A stretch of DNA of 64,000 bases from the NCBI RefSeq assembly GCF_006345805.1, contig NC_043000.1, positions 85,870,001 to 85,934,000 of the forward strand, given 5' to 3'. This document shows, piece after piece, positions 49,727 to 63,830 of the stretch. The notes below the pieces were generated by a model, which saw only the letters and a program-made list of their open reading frames with translations, searched no databases and had not been told where the DNA came from. Position 1 is the first letter of the stretch. The number at the start of each line of letters is the position of its first letter. The translations under genes were made by a program, and so were the position numbers. Source of the DNA: Octopus sinensis. Taxonomy: Eukaryota.

Positions 49727-52531
49727 AAGAATTCCGGGTAGAAGTACGAGGGGCGTTCAATAAGTAATACCCCTGACCCACTTCCCATAGAAGTAGAGCA
49801 ACGAAACTTGGGACAGTTATTAGCCTTTTTCTACATAGGAACCACCCAGAGTTATGCATTTCTCCCATCGTTTGATGCAGCTCTGAAGACCATTTTTGTA
49901 GAAGACCCCAGCTTGGTCCTCCAACCACGACGTGACTTCATAAATCAAGGCTGCATCATCTGGGAAACGCTTTCCTTTCAAAAACAACTTCATGGCTGGG
50001 AAGAGGTGAAAATCAGAGGGTGCAAGGTCAGGAGAGTAGGGGGGATAGGGGATGAGTTCATAGCCGCACGCCTGTGCTTCTGATCTGGCGACACGCGAGT
50101 TGTGGATCGGAGCATTGTCCTGCAGGAGGAGGATGCCTTTGCTGATCTTGCCCCGCCTCTTGATTTTGATAGCTTCTCTTAATTTCCTCAAAAGTGAAGC
50201 ATAATAGACTCCTGTAATTGTGGCACCCTTTGCCAGGAAATCTGTCTTCACTACTCCGTCCTGGTCCCAGAAGACTGTAAGCATGACCTTGCCAGTGGAG
50301 GGCTGCACCCTTGCCTTCTTTGGAGGAGGTGAGTCACGGTGCTTCCACTGCATTGACTGGGCTTTGGTCTCTGGATCATAGTGATGGACCCAGGTTTTAT
50401 CCTATGCAATCAGCCTTTTGAAAAATTTTGACTCATCTTCTTGGCACATCTCCAAATTCATCCTCGAGCAATCGACGCGTTCTTGCTTCTGGAAAGGTGT
50501 GAGCAACCTGGGAATCCATATGGCAGACACATTTTGCATATGCAAATGGTTATGAATGATAGTTTCCACAGACCTGGTACTAATCTTGACCTCATGGGCT
50601 ATTTGGTGAGTAGTTATGCGTCGATCTTCCAAAATGGCAGCTTCAACTTGACAGACAGATGCCTCATCAATTGCAGAAGGGGGGGGCGACCAGATCTGGG
50701 AGCTGTTTCCACAGAGTTCCGACCATGTTTGAATTCATGATGCCAGCGTTTTACAAGGTCATATGATGGGGCATCATCACCATAAGTTACTTTCATTTCA
50801 TCAAAAGTCTCCTGTGGTGTGTGTCCTTTCAAATACAAAAACTGGATCACTGCTCGACACTCAACAGGCTCCATTTCACACTTGACTCAGTTCAAACACT
50901 TGTAAATCGGAAACCACAATTAGTTCAGAGCTGTAATTTGCCACTTAATCTATAGAGATATAAATAATTGCACATGCAAAATTTCAGCTAGATCAAACAA
51001 CTGCAAGTGGGTCAGGGGCATTACTTATTGAACGCCCCTCGTAGGTGTACACCAAGGCTCAGTCCCCCTTTATTCATCATAGTCCTCCAGGCAATAACAG
51101 AGGAATTCAAAACAGGATGCCCTTGGGAGCTCCTCTATGCTGATGACCTGGCTCTCATAGCAGAATCACTACCGGAACTAGAAAAGAAATTTCGGGTGTG
51201 GAAGCAAGGGTTAGAATCAAAGGGCCTTAGAGTAAATGTAGCAAAGACCAAAGTTATAGTAAGCAGAAAGGCGAACTCAGCACACACCCCCTCGGGCAGG
51301 TGGCCCTGCTCGATCTGTAGGAAAGGTGTAGGTAGAAACTCCATAAGATGGACGCATAAGAGGTGCAGCAACATCAAAGGGAAATTAACTGATAGGATAG
51401 CTTTCATGTGCGGCAGATGCACTGGGACAATAGACACCACAGATACTCAGAAAACAGATTCCATCACACCCCAGGGGGAGAAACTAGAAGTAGTTGATAG
51501 TTTCCGCTACCTGGGTGACCAAGTTAGTAGTCGAGGTGGATGCTCAGAGAGTATCACCACTAGAATACGAATAGCCTGGGCAAAGTTCAGAAAGCTCCTA
51601 CCCCTACTGGTGACAAAGGGTCTCTCGCTCAAAGTGAAAGGTAGATTGTATGACGCATGTGTGCGAACTGCCATGCTTCACGGTAGTGAAACATGGGCTG
51701 TGACTGCAGGGGACATGCGTAGACTTGAAAGGAATGAAGCTAGCATGGTCCGCTGGATGTGTAATGTCAGTGTGCATGCACGACAGAGTGTAAGCACCCT
51801 GAGAGAAATACTGGACATAAGAAGCATCAGATGTGGTGTGCAAGAGCGACGCTTGCGATGGTATGGTCATGTACTGCGGATGGATGAGGAGAGATGTGTG
51901 AAGAAGTGCCACTCCCAAACAGTTGAAGGTATCAGGGGGAGAGGTAGACTCAGGAAGACATGGGATGAGGTAGTCAAGCATGACCTCAGAGCGTTGGGCC
52001 TCACTGAGGCAATGGCAAAGGACCGAGATCTCTGGAGATATGCTGTGACTGCAAAGACCCGGGCTGCTTCCTGCACCAGTCCCGCATAGCCCCTGCCCAT
52101 TCAAAGTACCTTGGATTCCAGAACATCCCGCTGTGCTTGAGGAGACCTGTCGAGTCAAGTACATGAACATCGAAATAAATATCAATGGAAATAGCAGTTG
52201 TGATACCTGTGCCGGTGGCACATAAAAAGCACCATCCGAACGTGGCCGATGCCAGCGCCGCCTTGGCTGGATTCCATGCCGGTGGCACATTAAAAGCACC
52301 AACCGATCGTGGCCGATGCCGGACCCCCCTGGCACCTGTGCAGGTGGCACATAAAAAGCACCCACAACACACGCGGAGTGGTTGGCGTTAGGAAGGGCAT
52401 CCAGCTGTAGAAACTTTGCCAGATCAGACTGGAGCCTGGTGCAGCCCCTGGCCTCCCAGACCCCAGTTGAACCGTCCAACCCGTGCTAGCGCGGAAAACG
52501 GACGTTAAACGATGATGATGATGATGATGAT
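49727..52531 (+). mobile_element. 5'-truncated RTE-clade LINE (copy 2, different subfamily), interrupted by a mariner
   Basis: ORF 51007-52089 has LLYADDLAL, FRYLG, RRLRWYGHV. The 5' 20 bp lie left of the mariner. (GAT)n tail followed by (TA)n; 5' junction lies in a SINE C head (~49590-49726). Confidence 0.95.
49747..51041 (-). mobile_element. Full-length mariner transposon (DD34D), 1,295 bp, inactivated
   Basis: 37-bp TIRs cgaggggcgttcaataagtaat(a/g)cccctgacccactt (1 mismatch); TA TSD at 49745-49746 and 51042-51043. Transposase pieces MEPVECRAVI.., WIPRLL, QDNAPIH..YSPDLAPSD (34-residue spacing), broken by a frameshift and a stop. TIR style resembles the irritans subfamily (inference). Confidence 0.95.
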
Positions 52532-52675
52532 ATATATATATATATATATGTATTCTGTAGAAGAGCGTGGGCTCGAAACGTAAAAGACTTTTTTTTATTC
52601 CTGAGTGTTATACTAATACATCTATTTGTTTTGTACACCACCTGTCTTCGTCTTTTGTTTTCTCCGTAAACTCTT

Positions 52676-52718
<43 letters not shown>

Positions 52719-52883
52719 GAACCTTGTTGTATATATATACATATATATATATTTATATATATCGGGGTAGATGCATGAAAGAATGATGGAAAATAAACAA
52801 CCTTTAAATCAGTTCAAATGTTTGAATTTAACTAATTCTGGATTGCCTTGAAAATGTTGTGTTAACATGTATTTTCGGAAATA

Positions 52884-53850
52884 TTAGCTTGTTCAGAAAA
52901 TACTGCCTGATTTTTCAAAAACATTTTTCAAATTCGATTTAAGATGTTATTTTTGTAGTGTTTTAGATGAAATTTTACATGCTTAATAATTGATGTGTAC
53001 TCTTTAATAAATTTTTATTGATTTCTTTCAGAATATAATTTTGAAGTGCAGAAATCCTTAATTTCAAACATGAAAAAAGAAGAAATGCATTTACTTTTTT
53101 TTTGCATGAATTGAAGCTTGGACATAATGCTTTCCAAGTAACCACCAATATCAACAGAGTATGGAGTAAAGGGCCCACCAGTGATCAGACAATACAATGG
53201 TGGTTTGAGAGATTCTGTAGCAGGAATGAGAGCCTTGAAGATCAAAAAAGTAGAGGATGTCCATCCACCCTTGATGATCAGCATTTGAAAACAATAGTCA
53301 AACAAATCCCATGACCAAGTGTCAGAAAAATGTCTCATATGCTTGGTATCAGTGTTTTAACATTATCAGATTACCTGAAGAAAATCGGCAATGTGAAAAG
53401 TCTTGATAAATGGGTTCTGCATGATGTCAATGAAAATCAAAGACTTCAGCATTTTTGAAGTGTGTTCGATGCTCTCCCTGCAAAACTCTAATGACCCATT
53501 TCTTGATTGAATAGTGATTTGCAATGAAAAATGGACCCATTATGACAATCATAAGCAATTGGGTCAATGGCTTGATTGTGATGAAGCACCCAAACATTTC
53601 CTGAAACTGAAGTTGCATCAGCAAAAGATTATGGTTACTGTCTGGTGGTCTGTTATTGGTGTTATCCATTACAGCTTTCTGGAACCTAATCAGAACATTA
53701 CATTGAAAGTTTACCGTAAGCAACTGGAAGAAATGCATGTTCACTTGAGCAAAATGAGACCTGCACTTGTTAATCGATGTGGTCCAATTCTGCTCCATGA
53801 CAATGCTCAACTGCATGTTTCTAGGATGACACTGCAGAAGCTCACAAAAG
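52884..53850 (+). mobile_element. Degraded mariner (Hsmar1/cecropia-like), 3'-truncated
   Basis: HTH piece (..TIQWWFERFCSRNESLEDQKSRGCPS) and catalytic piece (CNEKWTHYDN..IMVTVWWS..ILLHDNAQLH); TIR-like ttagcttgttcagaaaat after TA. Confidence 0.85.
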
Positions 53851-54123
53851 AAGTTGAAAATGAGAGAAAGCAAAAGGTGGAAATTTTCAGATGATGAATG
53901 ATGAATTTATATGTATAAATATGTACTTAATATATTTAATGTATTTGATGTGTCTAATTCACTTATGTCAATAATTGCTTTTATACCTGCTCAACCTGAT
54001 CTATCTTATAGCCTTTCTTTGCCTTGTAGAATGATCCCCTGTAAAGACATCGGAGTCTAATTTTGAATCTTTTGAGCACTACTAAGTGTCTTCTATACAG
54101 AGAATATCTGGATTTCAGCTGTT

Positions 54124-54179
<56 letters not shown>

Positions 54180-54529
54180 ATACATGCCTGGCATTTTGCT
54201 GTACTCAAGAAGACCTGTATTCCTCAGCAGAAGTGTTAAGACTAGTCCTCCTGGTGAAAAGGATTGGCCAGTAAGAGTCCTGAGCCAGCACCACATAAAA
54301 AGCACTCATGCTGGTACCATGTAAAAGCACTCACTTGGTGCCACATAAAGACATCCAGCACACTCTGTAAAGTGGTTAGTGTTAAGAAGGGCATCCAACT
54401 GTAGAAACGGTGCCAAATCAGACTGGAGCCTGGTGCAGCTCTCCAGCTCTGATCAAACCATCCAGCCCATGTCAGCATGGACAGTGGACATTAAATGATG
54501 ATAATGATACACACACACACACACACACA

Positions 54530-55280
54530 CAGAGGGTGTTCAGGCTAAATTTGACAGCTTGCATAAAAGAAGAAAACACCATATCCCATCCAAAAAATTT
54601 TTAAATTTATAAAAACCAAAAGATATCAACTAAATTATGGCTGGGAGATAACAGTTTACTCAAAGTAGCCCCCCCCCTCAGCTCCTAACACAGCCTCAAG
54701 ATGGCTACGGACCTGGTGCATGCATTCCTCACTGTTTCTCTGGGAAGATCTTCACACACCTCTTTGATCTTGGCAACCAGTTCAGCCTTGGTGTTGCAGG
54801 TGGTGTGGCTGACACCTTTCTCAATGATGCCCTACACATAGTTATTCTTGAATTACAATTGGGAGTATTAGGAAGCTTGAAATTGGGCTGATGAAGTCAT
54901 AGAAATTCTCTGACAGCCACTTCTGACTGTTTCTAGAGGTAACGGCAAGGAGCCAAATTCTGCTGTCACACATCTGGCCTTCAAGCAGCAATCCTTTGCA
55001 GCCAGAGATTGACCACAATCTCCAGCAGCTTCACATAGCTGTCTGAATTGAGCCTAAGGCCTGTTCAAAGATGTGGGGATGAATTCCAGTGGGCAGATAC
55101 AGTCAGAATACTTGCACTGTTCTTTCCTGCTAGTCATAGCTTTGTAGTTTCTATTGCAACTGTCCATGTCACATTTTATAGCTTTTGCAGTATTTACAGA
55201 GCATTGAGCAGCAATCATGATGTTGGCATTTGATACCTGGCATGAATCATCATGATACAGATAACTATTTTCCAATGTTC
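54530..55280 (-). mobile_element. maT-type (DD37D) transposon remnant
   Basis: Reverse-strand translation GLRLNSDSYVKLLEIVV..QQNLAPC..SQKWLSENFYDF..EAVLGAEGGYFE parallels the 57173-57556 ORF. Confidence 0.7.
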
Positions 55281-56073
55281 AGATGGTTTCCAGCCTTCTG
55301 TGTCAGCTTAACTTTTTCTCAATTACAACTTAAATCTCTATGCTCTCCAATAATGTTGACTATTCACCAATACATCAAGCTGTTTCTGAGAAAAGGAGAC
55401 ATAAAATATCACCAAATTTAGTCCTAATACCCCACCAACACATACGTGTGTGTATGTGTGTAATTCTGTGTATGTCTGTGTGAGTGAATTCATATTTCCC
55501 TCCTCTTCAAATGCGTTCACTTGTTAGTTATAAACAGTGGCTTTGCTAATGGTATCATTTGCTTGCAGTCTACCACAAAAGTATGTCTAGGTTTTTTGAC
55601 ATTTCTTGACATTTCATGACATTGGGTGATTTTCATAAACAAACAGCTCATTCATACAGTGTTGTTTATTTCCAGGTTGTTTGTTGTTCAGTAGACTGGG
55701 AGATTATTACCTCACTTTACAACAGGTGGAAATTAGTGACAAGAAGGGCATCCAGTTGTAGAAAACAGCTCCAATATACTTTTGTCAGTTGCACACAAGC
55801 ATGGAAAAGTATACTTTAAAACAATGACAATGATGATGATGATTGATATATCTGCCAGTCTATCTATTTATCTATCTCTACCTATCTTATATACATAGAT
55901 CAACACCAGATTGGTAGATGAATAATTTCTTTTAAGAGTAGACCATTATTGATGTGATATCCTTGGTTTAATGCAAATATATTCTATATTGCCAATTATT
56001 GAATCAGGCTGCTTGCTTGTCTGCTTGCCATTGCGTGTGTGTGCATGCGTGTTTGTATGTGAGTGTGTGTGTA

Positions 56074-56114
<41 letters not shown>

Positions 56115-56283
56115 GAGAGACTGAGAGAAAGTCTTACTTGTCAATGTTATTGGAGAAGTGCTAAATTTTCATCCAACTGAATCTGCAGCCAGGACTGAAT
56201 TCTCACTCAGAATAATTTAATTGTCATTGCTTATGCAATTTTGCATACTTATACACACACACACGATATGTATACATATGTAC

Positions 56284-56315
<32 letters not shown>

Positions 56316-56792
56316 GTAGTTTTTGCTAATAAAGATGATGAAGAGGGCCGGCTGCATTTGTGGTATAATTGGGTATTTAAGCTCATGTAATTGATATTTT
56401 AGCTGATCCTCAGAAACATGTATGTATCATATAAAGCATAAATACCAATTACATTTTCTTTGTTCCTTTCTACACACACATAAACACATGCACGCATGCA
56501 TGCATGCATACATACACACACACACTAACATTTATATATAAACACATGATTTTTTTGTATTTTTGTATTTCCGTTTCCATACTTTATAACAATGTAGACC
56601 AGCCCATTATATTTGTACAACAGCATTATCACATACCTTTTTTAATCATCGCATTATCTTTTTTATTTATCTTTATATAACTTCATGTGTGCACATACAT
56701 ACATACACACACACGCACATATATATATATATTGTTATATTTCGGAATGGTCATTTTGCCAGTTTAGCCAATCTTGCACAACAAATATATAA

Positions 56793-56855
<63 letters not shown>

Positions 56856-56865
56856 TACATGCATA

Positions 56866-56919
<54 letters not shown>

Positions 56920-56963
56920 ACATATCTATCTATCGAAATAAAATTTATATCCATACATACACA

Positions 56964-57782
56964 CAGGGCGTGGTGAATCTATTGTCGTCTAATATATGTA
57001 AAAATGAAAATAACACTCACATCTCATCTTAACAGATATACTTACCAAAGTTACATAAAAATATCTTGAAATACTAAAGAGTAAATTTATTCAATAAAAT
57101 CGCTATTGGCTTCAACCATGGCCTCCGTACGAATTCAGAATCTTCTGCAACTCTTCAGGATGATTTCCTTGTTTAAGTTGGTGAACACTGCCATAATCCT
57201 TGCCTTGGTGTTACAATAGTTTTGTTGGTCTCTTGCTCAACTGCACCCCACACATAATAATCAAGTGCGTTGCAATGTGGGGAATTAGGTGGCCAGATGT
57301 TAGGGGTGATGTGGTCGCAAAAATTGTCTGACAGCCATGACTGAGTTCTCCTGCTTGTGTGGCATGGTGCAGACTCCTGTTGCCAGAAATAGGGTCTTCC
57401 AGCAGCCATCCTCTTCAACCAGGGCAGCACTACCACCTCCATGTACTTGATGTAGGCTTCCATGTTGAGTCTGAGGTGGTGTGGAAGTCGAATGGAAGCA
57501 TAACTAGTGATCACTCCAAACACCATGATGTTGACTGGATGTTTGATTTTTATCACGCTTGGTACTATCTATTTGTATTGGGGCTTCCAGCATGAATGCC
57601 AAGCAGTACAGCATGTTGTTTCCAAATTTCTGGCAGAGTGAATTGCATCATGGTGCTGTTTTTCTCATGAGTAGTGCCCAACTGACCCTACTATACTGTG
57701 TAGTCAACAAAATCAAAAACAAACAATGCACATGTGTGAAATTAAAAATATAAAATGATGACAATTTACCTATCTCACCCTA
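56964..57782 (-). mobile_element. Internally deleted maT-type (DD37D) transposon
   Basis: ORF 57173-57556: WQQ(E)SAPCH..WPPNSPHCNALD with 37 residues between the last two acidic positions; diverged cagggyg-type TIR candidates at both ends. Confidence 0.8.
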
Positions 57783-57837
57783 TATATACATACATACATA
57801 CTTCCATCCATACATATATAAAATATATATATCCATA

Positions 57838-57878
<41 letters not shown>

Positions 57879-57879
57879 C

Positions 57880-57954
<75 letters not shown>

Positions 57955-58757
57955 GTCTATATATATATATATATGTATAATATATATTCATATATATATA
58001 TTTGCTGTACACATTCTTTCATTATTGTTGATTCTTTTAATATTTCTATTCTTTTTCCATATGTTTTACTCATCTAACTTCAAGTATTTGTTTGTGTCCT
58101 CTTACTTTCATAATAATACTTGGTTTGTTTTTCTCTCTGTCTCTGTCTGTCTCTCTCTCTCTCTTCTTCCCTTCATACCTCTCACTTAATGCTTGTATAT
58201 GTTTTCAAATATCTTCATATATAATTTTTGTATCTTTTAATAAACTTTTTATATATTTTCATATAATTTTTATGGTTTCTATTTTTGGGTTTTATATACT
58301 CCTCTCATCCATTTATACTCCTTTTGATGTCCTTCTCTTATATATTCCTTTTCTCATGCCTCTTTATACATCCTTCAAATAATTTCCTCCCTCAACATTG
58401 CCTCGTCTATTTCATTCCCTCACACAAAACCCCTTTCTTATAATTATACTGACCTTTCCAATCATAATACACCCTATGTTGTCCTTTAACTAGAACAACC
58501 TATTTAGACAATAGTAATATCAAACTAATAACCCAGTTTCCACTTCTACTCAATAGCCTTCCCCTACACCCAATCCTTCCATTTTCACTGTTAAAATATT
58601 ACCAGGCAACTTTAGTTCTCATAAACTTATATAATTGATCACTGCTGCCATCTATGAACATGAACCACTGCTGCAGGAAGATTTACTTTCCTGATATTTA
58701 CTCTCTAATATTGAATTCATATAATTCGAGTCTCAAAACCATATTATTGTTTCCATT

Positions 58758-59170
58758 CTCTTTTACTCTTTTACTTGTTTCAGTCATTTGACTGCGGCCA
58801 TGCTGGAGCACCACCTTTAGTTGAGCAAATCGACCCCAGGACTTATTCTTTGTAAGCCAAGTACTTATTCTATCGGTCTCTTTTGCCGAACAGCTAAGTT
58901 ATGGGGATGTAGACACACCAGCATCAGTTGTCAAGCAATGTTGGGGTGGGGGTGGGGGTGGACAAACACAGACACACAAACACATATATATACATATACA
59001 TATAAATGACGGGCTTCTTTCAGTTTCTGTCTACCAAATCCACTCACAAGGCTTTGGTCAGCCTGAGGCTTTAGTAGAAGACACTTGCCCAAGGTGCCAC
59101 ACAGTGGGACTGAACCCAGAACCATGTGGTTGTAAAATAAGCTACTTAGCACACAGCCACTCCTGCGCCT
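58758..59170 (-). mobile_element. SINE family C, full length (reverse)
   Basis: Colinear with 13035-13478. Confidence 0.9.
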
Positions 59171-59979
59171 ATGTAAAATTTTATAAGAATCATTCCCTGA
59201 AAATATATTTGCCAACAGAAAGAGTAAGTTGTTTACTTGTTTCCCGAGATATTTAAACCAGATCATCACATAAATAAGTTTATAGTGATTATTTGAGTTT
59301 ATTTTAGCTTTTAATTATAGTAGTTTATTCTAGTTTATTCTAAGTGTATGCATGCATCCAGCACCCATGCTCAGCACTTGCCTCAAATTTTTAGCTTTCT
59401 TTTACATATATTAATCCTTACTTTTGTCATTATTGTTGCTGTCATCATCACTGAGTTGCTGCCATTGCTACTGTCACAGTTGCTATCGTCGTCATCATTG
59501 TCATCGTCGTCTTTGCTGCCGCTGCTGTCGTTTTAATGTCATTTTTTCCATGCTTGCATGAGTCAGATAAAATCCATTTCTGTGGTGACAGGATGCCATT
59601 CATGTCACCAACCCTCATCTGTCTCCAAGCAAAGCAATATTTGCTCATGGCCAGACATGTTTTACACAAAAGGCTGGAAATGAACCACATTGCTTGCATG
59701 ATGGCTCACATAGAACCATCAGATGATGTCAAAACAAAGGGACACATAACTATGTATTACAGCTGACTTTTGTCATAGTTTTCATATCAGTCTTAACTCT
59801 CTTTGTTTTCTTTTATTTCCCACCATTAGTTCATTTCTAGGCTGTTTCCCACTTATAATAATATATACATATATATACATTTTTAATCAGTTCTTTATAC
59901 TACTAAAAAGAGAGTGAAACAAACATGTTTGTCAGTACATAAATAATACTTTTATAATGCTTCACTCTACTTATCATCA

Positions 59980-60220
59980 CGAGGGTGGACTGAAAAGCTC
60001 ATAGGCTGATTATGAAGGAGTGATATTAGAGCTATGAAATATTGCATGTGTTAGTTTCAACTCTTCTTATTAATAACTGTATTGTTTCTTTCTAGGTAAA
60101 CTGACATCTCACAGTTCAAAGAAGACTATGAAAGTAACTACTAGCGACTTCTCTTGAAAATGGACAAAATTTGGCATCACACTGCCATCAAATACCTGCA
60201 GAAAAAGGGTTTCACACATT
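59980..60220 (+). mobile_element. Mariner 5' end fragment
   Basis: TIR-like cgagggtggactgaaaagctcataggctga; ATG at 60160 gives MDKIWHHTAIKYLQKKG, similar to the start of the 49747-51041 transposase. Confidence 0.65.
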
Positions 60221-62589
60221 TATTAAACAATGATAAACTAGCAATGTATTTTGAAATTTTAGTTTGTGGTTCCTTTGGATCTAATTAGCAAATGCATTCT
60301 AATATACAAAAGTAAAATGGGTGTGAATGATTAAATCCTGAATGCAGACTTAATTGGTTGAGAATTTAGCACTCCATTTGTTAAGCAAGGAATTCCTACA
60401 TTGGCATGAATTGTAACAAAGAGGGAATGAAAGAATGTGTGACATCCATGCATCTATCACAGGAAACAGTGAAATGATGTAACTACAAATAACTTAATGA
60501 TTTAGGTATAAAACCAGAAATTTTTGAAGTAAGGGGGTTAGTTACATTGACCCCAATACTCAATTGGTACTTTATTTAAATCACCCTGGAGAGATGAAAG
60601 CTAAGTTAACTGTAAACAACCTAATGTAAACAATCAAAGAAATGTTGCATGGCATTTTGTCTGATGCTCCACTGATTCTACTAATCTATCATCCTTATGT
60701 ATTTACTAATAATTATATCTAATTTTAGCACAAGGCCAGCAATTTTGAGGTAAGGAGGCAAATCAATTACATCAAACCCCAGTACTTGACTGGTACATTA
60801 TTTATTTGACTCTGAAAGGGTGAAAGGCAAAGTTGACCTTGGTGGGATTTGAACTCAGAATGTAAAAAGCCAGAAGAAATACTGCTCTATTCTCTAATGA
60901 TTCTGCCAATTTAGCATCCTTAGGTGATTACTAATAATCACAACAGCACAGTTTCATAAATTTTAAAGAAAGTATATAGTTGATTGAAATATTCCTGACA
61001 TATGATAGGTATGTATTTTATTGACACCCCTTCTACCATTTCTTGACTATATGGTAAACAAAGTTAACTCTGTAGAGAGATGAAACTAAATACAGCAATG
61101 CATTCAGTGTAAGTAGCTTATCATTTTTGTCATTTCACTACTTACAATGGTAAATAAAGAAAATAATATTATCATAGGTTTAATAATAATGTCATAAGTG
61201 CAATAGCAGTTTTAATAGACAAAAACAAACCTTCTGTGTTAAGTAATTCTATACATCACTGTGAATTCAATGCACAGTTTACAACCAACCAAACATCATT
61301 GAGTTAGATTTTAAAGAACTAAATAAGGACATACTTAATGTTTAGAAAGAAAATCATTAATGAATGAGAAAGAAAAGAATAATTGTTCTCTGCTTCTTTT
61401 GTTTACTTCATGATATTTTCTAACTGAAAGTGATGTAATTATTGATGGAACAGAATTCAAATAATATTGAGCGAAATAATATTGACTGAAATACTGTTTC
61501 CAAGAGTCTTAGGCTCAGACAATGGCACTGAGTTCACATAAAACTTCTAGGCAAATAATGTTACCTTACTCTGTTCCAAAATGTTATTCTTACTTCACAG
61601 AAAAGTGTTTGGAAGTTGGAAGCATATATAGCAGTAAAACATTTGTCCCTACTCCCATAAAAAAAACAAAAAAACTGAAATTGTAGATACTTGAATTTGC
61701 AGAATAATGATGCTTATGCATTAATGTAAAAATGTCAAAAAGTAAATCCCAGTACAGCAAAGCATTTTCAGCTGTGAAAGATAGATGTATTATTAACTAA
61801 AAAAGTTAATATCCTGTACCAGACATAACACTACACCTGTTCTTACTGCTCTGTAAATGGCCAGCCATAACAAACAATGTGTGTGTGTGCATATGTGTAT
61901 AAATATATATATATAAGTATATTTATACATATATGGTATGGCCAATGTAACATGTGGGTGTAGAGAACAATTTTAATGGATGAGGAATGACTAACAAGAG
62001 AGATGGTTCTGGCTAGCAAGAAAGAAAAGTGGTATGAGGAGGGGGAGAAGAGCTATGGTGATAGAAGAGAGTAAAGTGAGAAGGGGAGTGATTGATTGAG
62101 CGATACATACATACATACATATATATATATATATATGTCACACCTGGAACCAAGCCTGAGTTGGATTTATGGTTTATATTGAATTTGGTTCTACATATGT
62201 ACATACCTGGAGTATACACAAGATGTTTCATAGTTGTTTTACCTCATTGTGAACTCAATGCTATGGTACATAGCTGGTCTTGGTGTCCTATGTGTTGATG
62301 CAACTAGATTCTAATGAACCCTGTAACTAAATAACTAACCAATGTATGTATGTATGTATGTATGTATGTATGTATGTATGTATGTCTGTATGCATGTATG
62401 TACGTACGTACGTATGTATGTATGTATGTATGTATGTATGTTATGTATGTATGTATGTATGTATGTATGTATGTATGTATGTATGCATGCATGTATGTAT
62501 GTACGTACGTATGTATACATATATAAATAATATATATACATTAAATATATATATGATATATATATATGTTGAATATTCATACATACACA

Positions 62590-63005
62590 TTCTTTTATTC
62601 GTTTACTTGTTTCTGTCATTTGACTGCACTGCCTGTAGTTGAACAAAGCAACCCCAGGACTTATTCTTTGTAAGCCTAGTACTTATTCTCTCAGTCTCTT
62701 TTGCTGAACTGCTAAGTTACAGAGACATAAACATACTAACATTGGTTGTCAAGTGATGGTGGTGATGGTGGGGACAAACACAGACATACAAACATACACA
62801 CACACATATCTATCTATCTATCTATATACATATATATATATACATGATGGGCTTCTTTCAGTTTCTGTCTACCAAATCCACTCACAAGGCTTTGGTCAAC
62901 CCAAGGCTATAGTAGAAGATACTTGACCAAGATGCCATGCAGTGGGACTGAACCTAGAACCATGTGGTTGTTAAGCAAGCTACTTACTACACAATCACAC
63001 CTACA
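62590..63005 (-). mobile_element. SINE family C (reverse)
   Basis: Colinear with the other family C copies. Confidence 0.85.
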
Positions 63006-63059
63006 CCTATATATACATGTATACACACTTATATATAACATCTGCCTTGAGTCAACTGG

Positions 63060-63310
63060 CTCCTGAGGCCTGAATTTGTCTGGATTTTTAAGGTAGTTGA
63101 GCAACTGAGAGTACATGCCCTGGAGGTAATGCTGGTCCATCACAGCATTAACTCTCAGCTGCAGCAGGTACTCCTTTTTAGCAGAGTTTGACTGAAGCAA
63201 TGTGAAATGAAGTGTTGTGCTCAAGAAGACAATTATCACCAGGCCCTAGAATCAAACACACAACATAATGATTGTAAGTGCTACACTCTAACTGCTAGGC
63301 TATGTGTCTT
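63060..63310 (-). mobile_element. SINE family A (reverse, degraded)
   Basis: gcaatgtgaaatgaagtgttgtgctcaagaagacaat..cactctaactgctaggctatg resembles 1-272. Confidence 0.55.
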
Positions 63311-63606
63311 CACACACACACACACGCACACACACACACACATGCATACACACACGCACACACACGCACGCACACACACACACACATGCACACACACACC
63401 ATGCACACACGCATACACACATTACAAAATTTTACAGCCAAATTTTGAGTTGCTGCTCAAAGTTGATCCAGATCATGTTTCTTGATATTTCAAATACTGT
63501 TGATTCTAGTGAGAGTTGCCTTTTTACATATCCCATTCCAACTGGGACTACATTGTCAAGAAACACAAACTCTGTGTTATGTTCTCTCTTGAAATCCTTA
63601 ACTGGG

Positions 63607-63830
63607 ATTATTTCCATGCTAGATGTGACCATTTCCATGTTAGGTGTGATTACTTTCATGCTAGGCATGGTTATTTCCATGCTAAGTGTAATAATTTTTA
63701 TTCTTGGTGTGATCATTTCTATGCTCGGTATGATTATTTTCATGCTAGGTATAATTATTTCTATGTGATCATTTCCATGCTAGGTACAATCATTTCCATG
63801 CTGGATGTAATTATTTCCATGCTAGGCAAC
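63607..63830. repeat. 21-bp minisatellite (attatttccatgctaggtgtg), ~11 copies
   Basis: Regular 21-bp period; gives the IISMLGV and HAR(Y/C)DYF repeats in the ORF track. Confidence 0.9.

Noticed and set aside
51604-52479. 291-aa minus-strand ORF and similar antisense ORFs at 5508-5974 and 44687-45440
   Set aside because: Antisense or 3'-UTR readings of RTE elements.
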